Positions 14,245 to 25,437 of a DNA stretch of 64,000 nt are shown here, piece after piece. Numbering within the stretch: the first letter of the stretch is position 1; each line of letters opens with the position of its first letter. The stretch lies in NCBI GenBank assembly GCA_964270895.1, contig OZ185439.1. One strand, 5' to 3'. The position numbers and the translations under genes were made by a program. The notes below the pieces were generated by a model. That model did not search any database. It worked only from the letters and a program-made list of their open reading frames with translations, and was not told where the DNA came from. The DNA comes from Podarcis filfolensis (taxonomy: Eukaryota).

Positions 14245-15036
14245 TACACCATTATAACCAAACTGTGATAGGGAGCAACCAGGGGCCTTGAGACTACAAA
14301 GCCTGCTTCCTTGGCAGTTTGATGTATAAAGCACTTTCTTATTAATTAAGCTACAATTGCCCTTTATAATCTGCACTGTGCACAAAGCAGTTACTGGAAA
14401 TGTTCTCTCTCTTTCTTGTGCACCCACACTCACCCTTGGTTATAAGACTACAATGCTGATATTATTTATATAAAATGTTATTTTATTCCATCTTTTAGGG
14501 TTTTGATAGGTGGCTTCCAAAAATGCATTTAAAATAACAATAGAACAGTTAATTAAATGCAGCAGTTTGAAGCATTAGCAATCTTATTGAGAACATACGG
14601 CCAATTTAAAAGCCATTAAAAGATTGGGTAAGTAAGCTTGCTTTAACCTAGGACATCAAATTTGGTGTCAAGCCAATTGATAAAGAAAGTTTCCACCACC
14701 GTGAAAGACCAAAAGATGAGAATATCCAGCACTGAGGATATATTCTTGCTTACATGTGCAGGACCACTGTGCAAATTGGGACATATGTATGTGGCTCAGC
14801 CTGCATTTTCCCCAAATGTGCAGTTATCTGGTACAAGGGCCATCTTTTAACTCCCTACCCCTTGACTTTTAAAATCAGGTTCTTTCCACTTGCAATGCAG
14901 TGGCTTTCCAGACTCTGTTGAATTCCAGCTTCCTTCAGCCCCTATCAGCATGACCAATGGCTAGGGATGATGGGAACAACTTTTGAATGGCCACAGGTTC
15001 CTCACCCATGCCATACTAGCGAATGACCAGATATAT

Positions 15037-15559
15037 CAGTGGTTCCCAACATTTTTTGTGTTAAGTTGTGGGTAGACGTAGCAGACGACACAGCGATTCT
15101 TCCAAAGCAGCTCTTTATTTGTAAGCTGGAACAGAACTGGCTGAGGAGCTCAGTCAGCCTGCTTATATAGAGCTCCAGAACAATGTAACTGTTGCCATTT
15201 TCTAAAACTATCCAATCACTGAACGTCACTTTTGATCCTTCATTTGCATAACTATCTACAGTATCCCCCTGCTGGCCCAGAGTGAGAACTTCAGTACATA
15301 ACATTTTGTATGGTGACCCACAAGTTACTTGGTATGGTGAGCCATCGATTTATAAGCCCAAAGTTACTTGGTTTGGTGATCTATTGTTGTATCTGTCAAC
15401 ACAGCAATATAATATACAAAAAAGGGGAAAGTTTTAAGAGTTAGTCATCATACCAGTTAAGAGTTACAAGAAATAATTATTTGAGGTTTTCTTATAAAGC
15501 CCATGAGCCATTTTCCTAGGCTTTGTGAGCCATTGTAGCCTACAGATTGGGAAACACTG
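15037..15559. mobile_element. hAT-type MITE interrupted by a solo LTR
   Basis: TIRs CAGTGGTTCCCAA / TTGGGAAACACTG. The 8-bp flanks match at only 5 of 8 positions (old TSD). Confidence 0.7.
15059..15303 (-). mobile_element. Solo LTR, family A (Gypsy or ERV type)
   Basis: TG...CA ends (TGTTA...TTAACA) and perfect 5-bp TSD TTTTG. ATGCAAAT, GATTGG, TATATAAG and AATAAA on the - strand. Homologous to 20048-20311. Confidence 0.9.
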
Positions 15560-15601
15560 GGTTATGTGATTTGGAAGCAATAATGTCAGCATAACAAAGT
15601 A

Positions 15602-15816
15602 CAGGTAACTCGCAACTTATGCACATCTAACTTGGGCACAGGCAGCTTTAAATGCTTGGCAATAAATAAATAAATAGCTGGAGGAAAGGGGGCACTCCAG
15701 GAAAAAAGACTTTGGCAATTCCAACTGCCATTGAACCCAGTGTTTGGACCATATGTGATTTTGGCTTTATGCACTATCCCTGGAACGTAACCCCAGCGTA
15801 GGCTGAGAGCTGCCTG
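15602..15816. mobile_element. Tc1/mariner (Tigger-like) MITE
   Basis: TA-flanked; imperfect TIRs CAGGTAACTCGC / GAGAGCTGCCTG. Confidence 0.65.
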
Positions 15817-18079
15817 TAATGATGTTAGGTTATGAATAAAAATTCCTCTTTACATTAATTCACCACGAGAAGTAGTGGAGATAGGTTTGTTCTAGGGTGG
15901 ATTTGAGATTCCTGAACATCTCAAATCTGCACATAATGTACCAGTAAATCTGGAAAGTTTCTCCAACATGCCAATAATGGTTACGATTCCTTGTGATCCC
16001 TTTGTGATTCCTGTTTTTATTATGTTCTTGGAAACCCACATGACGGTAGATACTGCCCTGCTCTTAACAAACAATCCATGGGCATGATTAGAAAGCGACT
16101 TAGAGTTCATGGAGCCTTCACATCCCACTGCAGTACTTATTAATCCAGGAGATTTCAGTGTGTTGATCAAGTCTTTTTTGAACTTATTTTCTGAGTTTGG
16201 GGGTGCTGTTCAGGAGGAGCAGATTCACCTATTGTACTGTATTAACTAAACTTGGGTTTCCAGAAGTCATAATGATCTTCATGGCTAAGCATCCTCAAAT
16301 ACATGAATCCTTATATCTACCATAAAAACTTTGAGATAAACACAGCTATGTGCCCTATATCTTCCTTTGAAGAGAGATGTCTGCATAGTTGACAGTTTTC
16401 TGAATAGCACCAAAGGGGTACTTGGACAAGGCAGTTTGGGTTACTCCCTTATCTAATTAAAACAAGAAAAAGGAGAGAATTTATCTCTTTGATGCATTTG
16501 AGAATCTTTGTTTAATTGGGATGGAGACATCTTATTACATTTATATCTTTGGGTACCTTTTGATTTTACATGCTTCCTTTTCAGAGGTTAAGAGTTACCC
16601 TTGTCTCTGATTAAACTGGGAAGCAGCTGTTCAAGGAAAAGCACCTAATTATAAATAAGAGGCAAAAAAGGGTAATAAGACATGAACTGGGCACTCTAAA
16701 GTTGTAGTGAGTGATGCTTATACCTGTTATCTGATAATTGCTAGCTGTTTGCCTTAATACCATATATTTGTTATTTGTAGAATATTATTTTTATGTTTAC
16801 CAGCATTTTCGTCCCTGTTTAGAGAGAGAAGCCTTTCTTTTGGGCAGTTGGAGAAAAAAATGGTATATTCTTAGCTAGAAATGAGGTACTTCTTCCAGGC
16901 TTTAGCAGAATTTATGAATTCGGTTTGATAAGGAGAGCTGAATTGCAGTTAAAGGAAGTGAGACAAAAAAGGCACAGAACTTTGGTGAAAGTTGTACATT
17001 AATGAAGTCTGACTTTTACTTTTAATGTGGAGTAAAATTAGTCAGAGGTGTTGCCAAAGAGAACCAATCGGATTGCGGGAAATGATTTGAGGAGGATTTT
17101 ATGTTGGAAAAATACACAAAGAAGGGAGACTTGAGGGTGGGTGTCTCTCTCTTTCAAAATCAGATAGATATGGACCTTTGACTCATTATTCTACAATGGT
17201 CATAAGTCTATCTCTTTAAAATATTATGTAACTTTCCTGATATTGTTTCAGAATGCCTTTATAATAGAAGAAAATCTGATTGCTTTTGCTTTTATGTTAG
17301 CTGAACAGGAGTGGGGGTGCTAGGAAAATAATTGCTTTCTGATATTAATTTTTTCATCTATACTTCCTTATTATGCAAGCAGCTTTAGATTTCTTCTATT
17401 TAGTGCTTATAGTAGCTCTGTTGTAATTGTTTCATTTATTCAGCCACATTGCTATTGTTTCATTTATAACATTTTCCTATAATTTACTGTTTATCACTTC
17501 TACATCATTTACTGTTTATTTTGTAAATGAATACTTAAAGTCTTTTTTACCATTTGTTGGTTATTTTTTTTAAAATACATTTTAGATCCACTTTCTCTTT
17601 GCTGTGTTTCTGCCTGTTTGCTCATTTTGCTCACTGAAGCAAATGAATATAGAGTTAATTTGGAACCAATTTTTCACAATGCACATATGGAAGTTGTTAA
17701 TCTAAATCACTACTCATTACCACTATGTTTGAGAATCAGATATTCCTGTTGATTAGGACAGTTCATGATCTTAAGATGTTACTGAATTATTTATGCAGGA
17801 CTCTGGTTACCTGAACTTGTCTTGGTTCAACTTAGAAAGCAGAGGGATTGTTAGTATTAAATGGTACTACTGATGGAGACCAGCATGGGGAACACGCTCT
17901 TAGGGTGTCAGTGTAATTCATTATACAGCAATCTCACATATAAGTATTGTTGCACACACCCCAGTCTCAGAGTAGCAACAAGAGTGCTTGTGCTCACCTA
18001 GGGTTTGGTTTCCGTGGAATGAAGGTCAATAGAGACCATAGTGTCTTCCGCATATACTGTATGGTTTTATTTACACATA

Positions 18080-18186
18080 TAGTGGTACCTCAGGTTACAT
18101 ATGCTTCAGGTTACATACGCTTCAGGTTACAGACTCCGCTAAACAGAAATTGGGCGGCGGCATGTACTTAACCCAAGGTAGCACTG
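18080..18186 (+). mobile_element. Internally deleted copy 2 of the CAGTGGTACCTC mariner MITE
   Basis: Both TIRs and TA flanks retained; about half of the interior is missing relative to 14030-14244. Confidence 0.85.
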
Positions 18187-18721
18187 TACATGTGGCTTTT
18201 TGAAAATCAATTCAAACAAAATTCTCTTTAAACAAACAAACAAAAAACCCCAGACATTACTGTGACTAAGCACACCAGCTAAAGGTAAATCTAGATTAAT
18301 CTCAAAGTGGGCAACATACTATTATAGGTTTGGTGGGGTCTGTCTGAATGAAACCCATGAGTCCTTTCCAAACCTGTAACCCTGTATGTGAGGCTAGAAT
18401 CTGTAGGTGAAAGTTGGTCAGGCTACTTCCTTCTACTTCCTTTGTCTTTGTAATGGCCACTCCGCAACCAATGTTTGCATTTTAAAGAGCGAGCTCAGTT
18501 GCTGTGGAGGGGGAGCCTTTTCCCACTTCGCCTGATTGGATGCCACTTTATCCTAAACTAGAACAAAAGGCTGGGGAGCTAGTTTTGGGTGAGCTGGAAA
18601 GACAGAAATATGCCTGCGCTATGCTGAACCCAAATATGAGCTTGGGGTTTCCCTTGGGAAGCAAGATCTGTTGGGATATTAACACTGTGAGCATCTCCAT
18701 TCTATGCTCAGGTTGTATATA

Positions 18722-18963
18722 CAGTGGTACCTTGGGTTAAGTACTTAATTCGTTCTGGAGGTCCGTACTTAACCTGAAACTGTTTTTAACCTGAAGCACC
18801 ACTTTAGCTAATGGGGCCTCCTGCTGCTGCCGTGTCGCCAGAGCACGATTTCTGTTCTCATCCTGAAGCAAAGTTTTTAACCTGAAGCACTATTTCTGGG
18901 TTAGCAGAGTCTGTAACCTGAAGCGTATGTAATCTGAAGCGTATGTAACCCGAGGTACCACTA
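18722..18963 (-). mobile_element. CAGTGGTACCTC mariner MITE, copy 3 (inverted)
   Basis: Reverse complement of copy 1; TIRs present, right end slightly mutated. Confidence 0.9.
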
Positions 18964-20047
18964 CGTAAGAATGGGATGGTCTTTGAATCAGCCCTGTGCA
19001 AAATTGTCACAGATCGGTTTCAGACCTTTTCATCCACCCTAGACAACTCCCCCCCCCCATTGCCATCTTAACAACTGATCAGGTTCATATGAAAGTATGG
19101 TAGCCATCCACTGGTGTATTACTCAAACACCCCTATATTATTCAAATATAAGCTGATAGCTGGCATACATCCTATTATATGAGAGACATTTTTTTTGGAC
19201 AGAGTCGTAAAAAAGGGCTAGGTGTTTCATTTCTAGCTTGAGTTTCTCTGTTGGAATGGAACCAATGGATCATCCATAACAGATTGATTTTAAAATTTTA
19301 CATGGTGGGTGGGAGGGAACCCACCCTGTAGCTAGCCAGTGTGGAATTAATTGGAAATGGACACAGAGTGGATAATCTCTAAGCACCAGGATATTAAAAT
19401 ATAGAGCAAGAGGCATTATTGTGACACTTACTTTTATTTCCTGCAGGAAGCAGAAAATCTGAAGATGGGTTCTTTTTAAAGCTTTTAAAAAGGAGCATTT
19501 CAAGCATCAAAAATTATATTAGCACTGCTAAATGGACCGAAATCCTGCCATACCACAAGGGAATTGAGCAGTTGGTGGTTTTTTGTGGGGTTTTTTGCAG
19601 CTTTGTAGTGCTGAAAATGACTCAGAGATGGTGCCGCTCCTGTTTGCAAGCCCACAAAATTCCCCTCATGAGGTGTATGGGATGAGGCCCAGCAAAATCC
19701 ATTGGTTGCATTTGGAAAGAAGGGTTCCCTCCACACAGTTCAAATTACCTATTCCAGGTCTGCAGGAACTGGGAATATTTTCATTGACTTGAATCTATCA
19801 AGTCATTTCCTATGTATTTTTAAAGAAAATGAAATGGAAACATAGCTGGCAAAATGAATTTAAGCCATAGCAAGGCTTCCATGTTCTGCCCCGGCACATA
19901 CCCCTTTCATTTTCTATACTATTGAATCTCAGGTGGTGGAGTTACTACTGCAATGAGGAGGAGGCCTTTGGTGGTGGACCTTCTCCAAGGACCTCCTTTG
20001 CCAATATCCTAAATCTATGGCCTGTAAAAGGTAAACTGAGGATAGAG

Positions 20048-20311
20048 TGTTATGTACTGAAGTTCTCACCCTGGGCCAGCAGGGGGATACTGTAGATAGT
20101 TTTCACTCAGGTCCACATATGCAAATAAGGGATTGAAAGTGATGTTCAGTGATTGGATAGTTACAGAAAATGTTTACTGTTGCGTTCTAGTGGAGCTCTA
20201 TATAAGCAGGCTGGCTGAACCCTTCAGTTCAGTTCTGTTCTGGCCTGTGAATAAACAAGAGCTGTTTGAAGAATCGCTGTGTCATCTGATATGTTCACCC
20301 ACAACTTAACA
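20048..20311 (+). mobile_element. Solo LTR, family A
   Basis: TGTTA...TTAACA ends; 5-bp flanks TAGAG / GAGAG (one mismatch). Octamer, inverted CCAAT, TATATAAG and AATAAA in order. First ~53 nt nearly identical to the 15059-15303 copy. Confidence 0.88.
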
Positions 20312-20517
20312 GAGAGTGTGCTTAATGGTACCATTCACACTCTTATTCTTGCTAGGAATAAACATAATAGGAGAATGTTAAGGAATCATACTTGTACATT
20401 TGCATGCATTTTCATGGGAAAAGGAAAGATATGAACTAGGTGATCAAGTACGTTGTCTACAATGTGGGCACGGGTCATAAAATTTACTTTGTTTATGATT
20501 CAGCTTGTTTCCATGTA

Positions 20518-20668
20518 AAGCGGTACATCGGTTTTTGAACATAATGCGTTCCAGAAGACCGTTCGACTTCCAAAATTTTCAAAAGCGGAAGCATTTACTT
20601 CCAGGTTTTCGGTATTTGAAAACTGAAACGTTCAGCTTCCAAGATGCTTGAAAACCAAGGTACCACTG
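20518..20668. mobile_element. Tc1/mariner MITE, separate subfamily
   Basis: TA-flanked; TIRs AAGCGGTACATCGGTTTT / AAAACCAAGGTACCACTG. Confidence 0.75.
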
Positions 20669-21289
20669 TAGATTCTTTAAGAGCCGCAGTTGTTAACAGC
20701 AACAAGAACAACAACAACATTACTATCTTCTCTCTTGCAATGGGTACAAATCTGTGAGATTATGGAGATTAGTGATAAAAGTATGCACATTCTTTGTAAT
20801 TGTCAAGATCAAACTGATGAGACTGCAGTCTGCCATCAGACTATGGAGAGGTGTTAGTAGTGAATATTGAATGAGTGTAGTCTCATTTCCTCTATCTATT
20901 AGAAAGATAATAGCCCTTTCTAACACAAACAAAACTTTTTCTAGGGAAAAGATATCTAAATGTTCTTGATTTAGTCAGTGAAGCTTGAATGTGTTTAGCA
21001 CTTTATTGCTAATACAAAACTTCATAGGTGTAAAAATATTTAAAAAGCAGTAGGGAAAAAGTGTTTACATATTTATTTATGATTCCATTACCAGTTACAT
21101 TCCTTGAAACATCAGTTTCTGATGTATCACAGTTTAAAAATGCACTAAACCAAATAAACGAAACAACTACCGAACAGATTTTATGAAAGTGAAAGCAAAT
21201 GTTATCTCCCAGAAGATAATAAAGTGGCAATTTGGTGTAAAACTAACTGAGACAATGTAAAAACATAAATGGCCATTGGATTCATTTAT

Positions 21290-21290
<1 letters not shown>

Positions 21291-21340
<50 letters not shown>

Positions 21341-21344
21341 TAAT
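21291..21344. repeat. (TAA)n microsatellite, probably the tail of an adjacent - strand L2 remnant
   Basis: About 18 TAA units, followed by TTTATTCTTTTTACTCTGCCCATCT. Confidence 0.9.
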
Positions 21345-22281
21345 TTTATTCTTTTTACTCTGCCCATCTAACTGCCCAGTGACTCTGGGTGGCCAAGAAA
21401 CATCCAACTCATTAAGAAATTGATGGCAATCTTATTTGGTAGCAAGCCCCACTGGTTAGCAAGCCACACTTGGACTTCCATCTGTGCTATCATGCATAAG
21501 AATGCACCATAAATGGTCAAAATAATTAGAATTCTGTTGCCAGATCAGACTCGTAGCCCATCTAGTGGCAGCCAGATACTTTCTGGAAACTGAAAGCTGG
21601 GCATGATGGTGATAGTCATTCACTGTTATTTGTTCTTAGCATCAAACATGAAAAATTTTGTACAGTAGGCTAGTTTCTGCACACACCTCTCTCTGTCCAT
21701 TCAGGCATTATCAGGACACAATCTAGCCAGACGGAAACACTCAAGGAGGACCCAAAGCCCAACTAGTTAAGGGTGTGGCCTGACAAGATGGAGTATAGCT
21801 GGGGAGGGCATGTGGCTTGGAAAGACTTTTGAGGGCCAGTCATGGAGGGCCACACTTTGCCCTCAAGCCTGAAGTTACCCCAGTTCTGAATTATGAGATG
21901 GCTTTATGATATTTTATTTTATTTTTCATATCACTTTGCTAATAATTGCTAAGATTTAATTACCCCCTTTTTGGTGCCATCATGCGATGAGTTGATGTCT
22001 CCAAGCAGCTTTTTCCAGAGGTTTATTTCTGGAATAATTGTGGGTGATTTGAAACCAGTTCAGAATATATACGTATATATATTATCCTAGTGGGCAGCAC
22101 AGTGGGCTCATATATATTCTGCTTTAATCACTTGGCACTTTATCTCTTCTTTCCACAGTGGGGATGACATGGCAGGAAACAGGTTTATGTTTCTCAGGCA
22201 TCAGACCAAAAGACCACAATACTCAGAGGTGAAGTTTGCTTGTGGGTTTGTTTATATTTCTAAATCACCCTTCGTCTGAAC

Positions 22282-22653
22282 CAGGGGCGTCTTACCCATA
22301 GAGGCTAGTGGCGCGGGGCGCCAGGGTGCAAAGTTCTGGAGGGTGCCAGGGAAGAGGCAGAGGCTAGATGCGGTGCCACCCTCGCCCGCCTCTGCCATGC
22401 CGTGCCAAAGCAGCATCACGTCTAGAGCCTCTGTCTGCTGTGGCCACTGTAGCACAAAGTGGCCAGCTGGGCCTGGAGGCACCGCGTCCAGCCTCTGGCT
22501 CTTCCCCACCGGAGGAGCTGCCCTGCAGCCGCTGCCTTCCTCCTCCAGGCCCGCCAGCAGCGCCATCTTCCATAAAAAAGGTAGACAACTCTGGGAAAGG
22601 GGGGGGGGAGGGAGCTTTGTACCACGGCGCCGGATATGCTTAAGACGGCCCTA
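22282..22653. mobile_element. GC-rich non-autonomous hAT element
   Basis: TIRs CAGGGGCGTCTTA / TAAGACGGCCCTA. Perfect 8-bp TSD GTCTGAAC (22274-22281, 22654-22661). Confidence 0.92.
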
Positions 22654-23148
22654 GTCTGAACGAGCTTGGGACGATGTACAACAAATGTAAATGTAACAGC
22701 ACAAGCAACAGGATAACACAAAAAAGAAATAACAACTCATTAAAGCACTAATTCAGATATTGCTGCTGAGGATCAAAGATACCATGATCAAACCACAAAC
22801 TCCTGGGTAAATAAAAATGTCTTTAACTGACATATGAAGGGCAACAGATGTTTAACAAGAGGTCATCCCACTGTGTGGAAGGCCTTTTATGTATGTTGTT
22901 CCCTCCTAAAATCTCACGAAAACTGCAAACATAGCCTCCTTGCCCCCCACTGATTTTAAAGGTTCAGTGGGCTGGTAGTGGAGGGGGCACTCTTGGAGAT
23001 ATTTGGATCCTGAGCAATTTAGGAGTTTGTAACCATTACTAATTGGGTCCAGTAGCACACAAGCAGAGATCCCCTCTTGCTGCCCCAGTTACCAACCTGG
23101 CAGCTACTTCTGCATTTGCTACAGCCTCCAGACCACTCTCAAGGGTAG

Positions 23149-23652
23149 TGTTGTTTAGTCATTTAGTCGTGTCCGACTCTTCATGACACCATGGACCAGA
23201 GCACGCCAGGCACTTCTGTCTTCCACTGCCTCCCGCAGTTTTGTCAGACTCATGTTTGTAGCTTCGAAGACACTATCCAACCATCTCGTCCTCTGTCATC
23301 CCCTTCTCCTTATGCCCTCAATCTTTCCCAACATCAGGGTCTTTTCCAGGGAGTCTTCTCTTCTCATGAGGTGGCCAAGTATTGGAGCCTCAGCTTCAGG
23401 ATCTGTCCTTCCAGTGAGCACTCAGGGCTGATTTCCTTAAGAATGGATAGGTTTGATCTTCTTGCAGTCCATGGGACTCTCAGGAGTCTCCTCCAGCACC
23501 ATAATTCAAAAGCATCAATTCTTTGGCAATCAGCCTTCTTTATGGTCCAGCTCTCACTTCCATACATCACTACTGGGAAAACCATAGCTTTAACTATACG
23601 GGCCTTTGTTGGCAAGGTGATGTCTCTGCTTTTTAAGATGCTGTCTAGGTCT
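23149..23652 (-). mobile_element. BovB (RTE-clade) LINE, 5'-truncated 3' end
   Basis: ORF 23364..23738 encodes LDSILKSRDITLPTKARIVKAMVFPVVMYGSESWTIKKAD..RIDAFELWCWRRLLRVPWTARRSN, the BovB ORF C-terminus. 3' end GAGTCGGACACGACTAAATGACTAAACAACA. Confidence 0.95.
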
Positions 23653-23723
23653 ACCTGGAGCAGGGACCAGCAAGCCACTCCAGTATCCCTGCCAAGAAAA
23701 CTCCATGGACAAAGACAACAGGC
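23653..23723 (+). mobile_element. BovB 5'-region fragment in opposite orientation, fused to the 3' fragment
   Basis: CTGGAGCAGGGACCAGCAAGCCACTCCAGTATCCCTGCCAAGAAAACTCCATGGACAAAGACAACAGGC resembles the BovB pre-endonuclease region (recalled consensus, not searched). Confidence 0.65.
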
Positions 23724-25058
23724 TCTTGTAAAGGGCACTGTAATATTTCAGACATGAGGTCATGATCGTCCTAAAGCTAAGCAAGACACACATGTTCTTT
23801 TTTGAAGCACAACTTTATTCACTTTATTTCACAAGTTCCTATTGTAGATATTAGAGCTGTGCAACAAATCTGGCTGAATCCCGAACTGAATCACGGTGCC
23901 TCTGGATGATTCGTGATGGACACAGGATGGGTTGGGGTAGCCCTGAGTTGTTCAGAGGTGGAAACTTGGTCCCTCCACTGCCTCAGAACTTTGGGGAGAT
24001 TCTGAGTTTTGAAAAACTCTCAGCCCTAAGTAGGTATGCAATGTTCTGTTGTAATTTCCATGGCATTTTTCATCTGCATCCACAGCCAGTTTACCTATCT
24101 GAGAGGTTTATTTTAATCACTTCACACATCGTCTGCCAATCATTTGATGAGCCATTTGCGGGCAGACACTTGCCTCGTGGCTGGGGAAAACCTTTTCTTC
24201 ACCGCAGCACAGTGGGTGATTTTTGCTTTGCCACACTTTCGAAAGCATAAAGCTTGCAGGCAAAAGCATGTTAATGAATAAAATATTCTGAAAAAGGGTA
24301 ATAGTAAACAAACACACATCTAATGAAGCTGCAATATAAACCCTGAAGCAAAAATAAAAATTAAAAACAATCACAAATCTGAGCTGCTGGTATGGCTGTA
24401 CAATAGTTCACTCATCAAGTTTATGCTCTGCTCCTTTCTTTATGTTGCTGTCAGACACTTTGCTAATACAGTTTCTTCAATTGCTTCAGTCTCTAATTGT
24501 TTACCTGTTCACATTGTTAATCTGTAGCAGAAGGCAAAGATTTCCTAGTTACTCTGGGGATCTCGACCTGCTTTTGTTTAATGGTAGACAATGCCATTGT
24601 AGTTGTCCTGAGCACTGTATTCAGAGATTTTTAATAACAAAATGTCTCTTTATTTGTGTGTGTGTATACCCCATTTTAGCTTTCTCCCCCATCCCTGCTG
24701 GCTTAGAAGAAAGCAACAGCAAACCACAGTATCATAAAAATAATGCAGATTAATATCAATCAAATAAGATAAACACAAAAACCAGAGGAGACAGCAGAGA
24801 TTAATCACAAATTGCCTAATGAAATAAAAAGGGTTTCAGCACCCATGCAAAATGAGAGAGGAGAAGAAGCTTGACAGATGTATACATTTATAATGATAAG
24901 AATACATATGGTGCAAAACATAACATAACAAATTATAAGCAAAATTGAGATTGCAATCCCAACCTCTGGCTGGCAGTAGCAGGGCCCAATGCAGTAGCAA
25001 AGCCAGAAAATACATCCACAGTCCTGGTACTCACAACATGCATTGTGGAAGGTGGGAG

Positions 25059-25437
25059 TGTCATGGGGCCAGGAGTCAGCTTCACCTGTTGAGCAGCAGC
25101 CTGAAGGAGCAGGTGAAGTGACTCCACCTGCTGCTGATCAGACTTCTTGCTCCTGATGAGAACCAGCTGGCTCCAGCTTTCTTAAGCAGGGTTTCCAGCC
25201 TCAGTTAGTTGCTGGAAACAACATTCACTGGTCCTGGGCAGACCTTCTTTGCTTCTTGCGACCCTTGGCTTTCTTGACCCTTGGATCATCTGACTACATG
25301 AACTGAGATTCTCCTGACCTTAGGACTGGACTGAACCTTGCATACAGACTCTACTTCCAGGCAAGTACCCCCCTGAGACTTCGCTGGCTTCTCCCTCCAC
25401 TGAGCTTTGCCGTGGCTGGCAGCACAGGACTATGACA
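25059..25437. mobile_element. Solo LTR, family B (Gypsy-like)
   Basis: Ends TGTCAT...ATGACA; perfect 5-bp TSD GGGAG (25054-25058, 25438-25442). Confidence 0.88.

Noticed and set aside
15002-15304. 100-aa minus-strand ORF
   Set aside because: Coincides with a solo LTR; the frame is not kept in the second LTR copy.
22252-22721. Five overlapping ORFs in GC-rich DNA resembling a CpG-island first exon
   Set aside because: They lie within a TSD-bounded hAT element; GC-rich DNA lacks stop codons.
23183-23757. 188-aa and 82-aa plus-strand ORFs
   Set aside because: Antisense frames of the BovB fragment.
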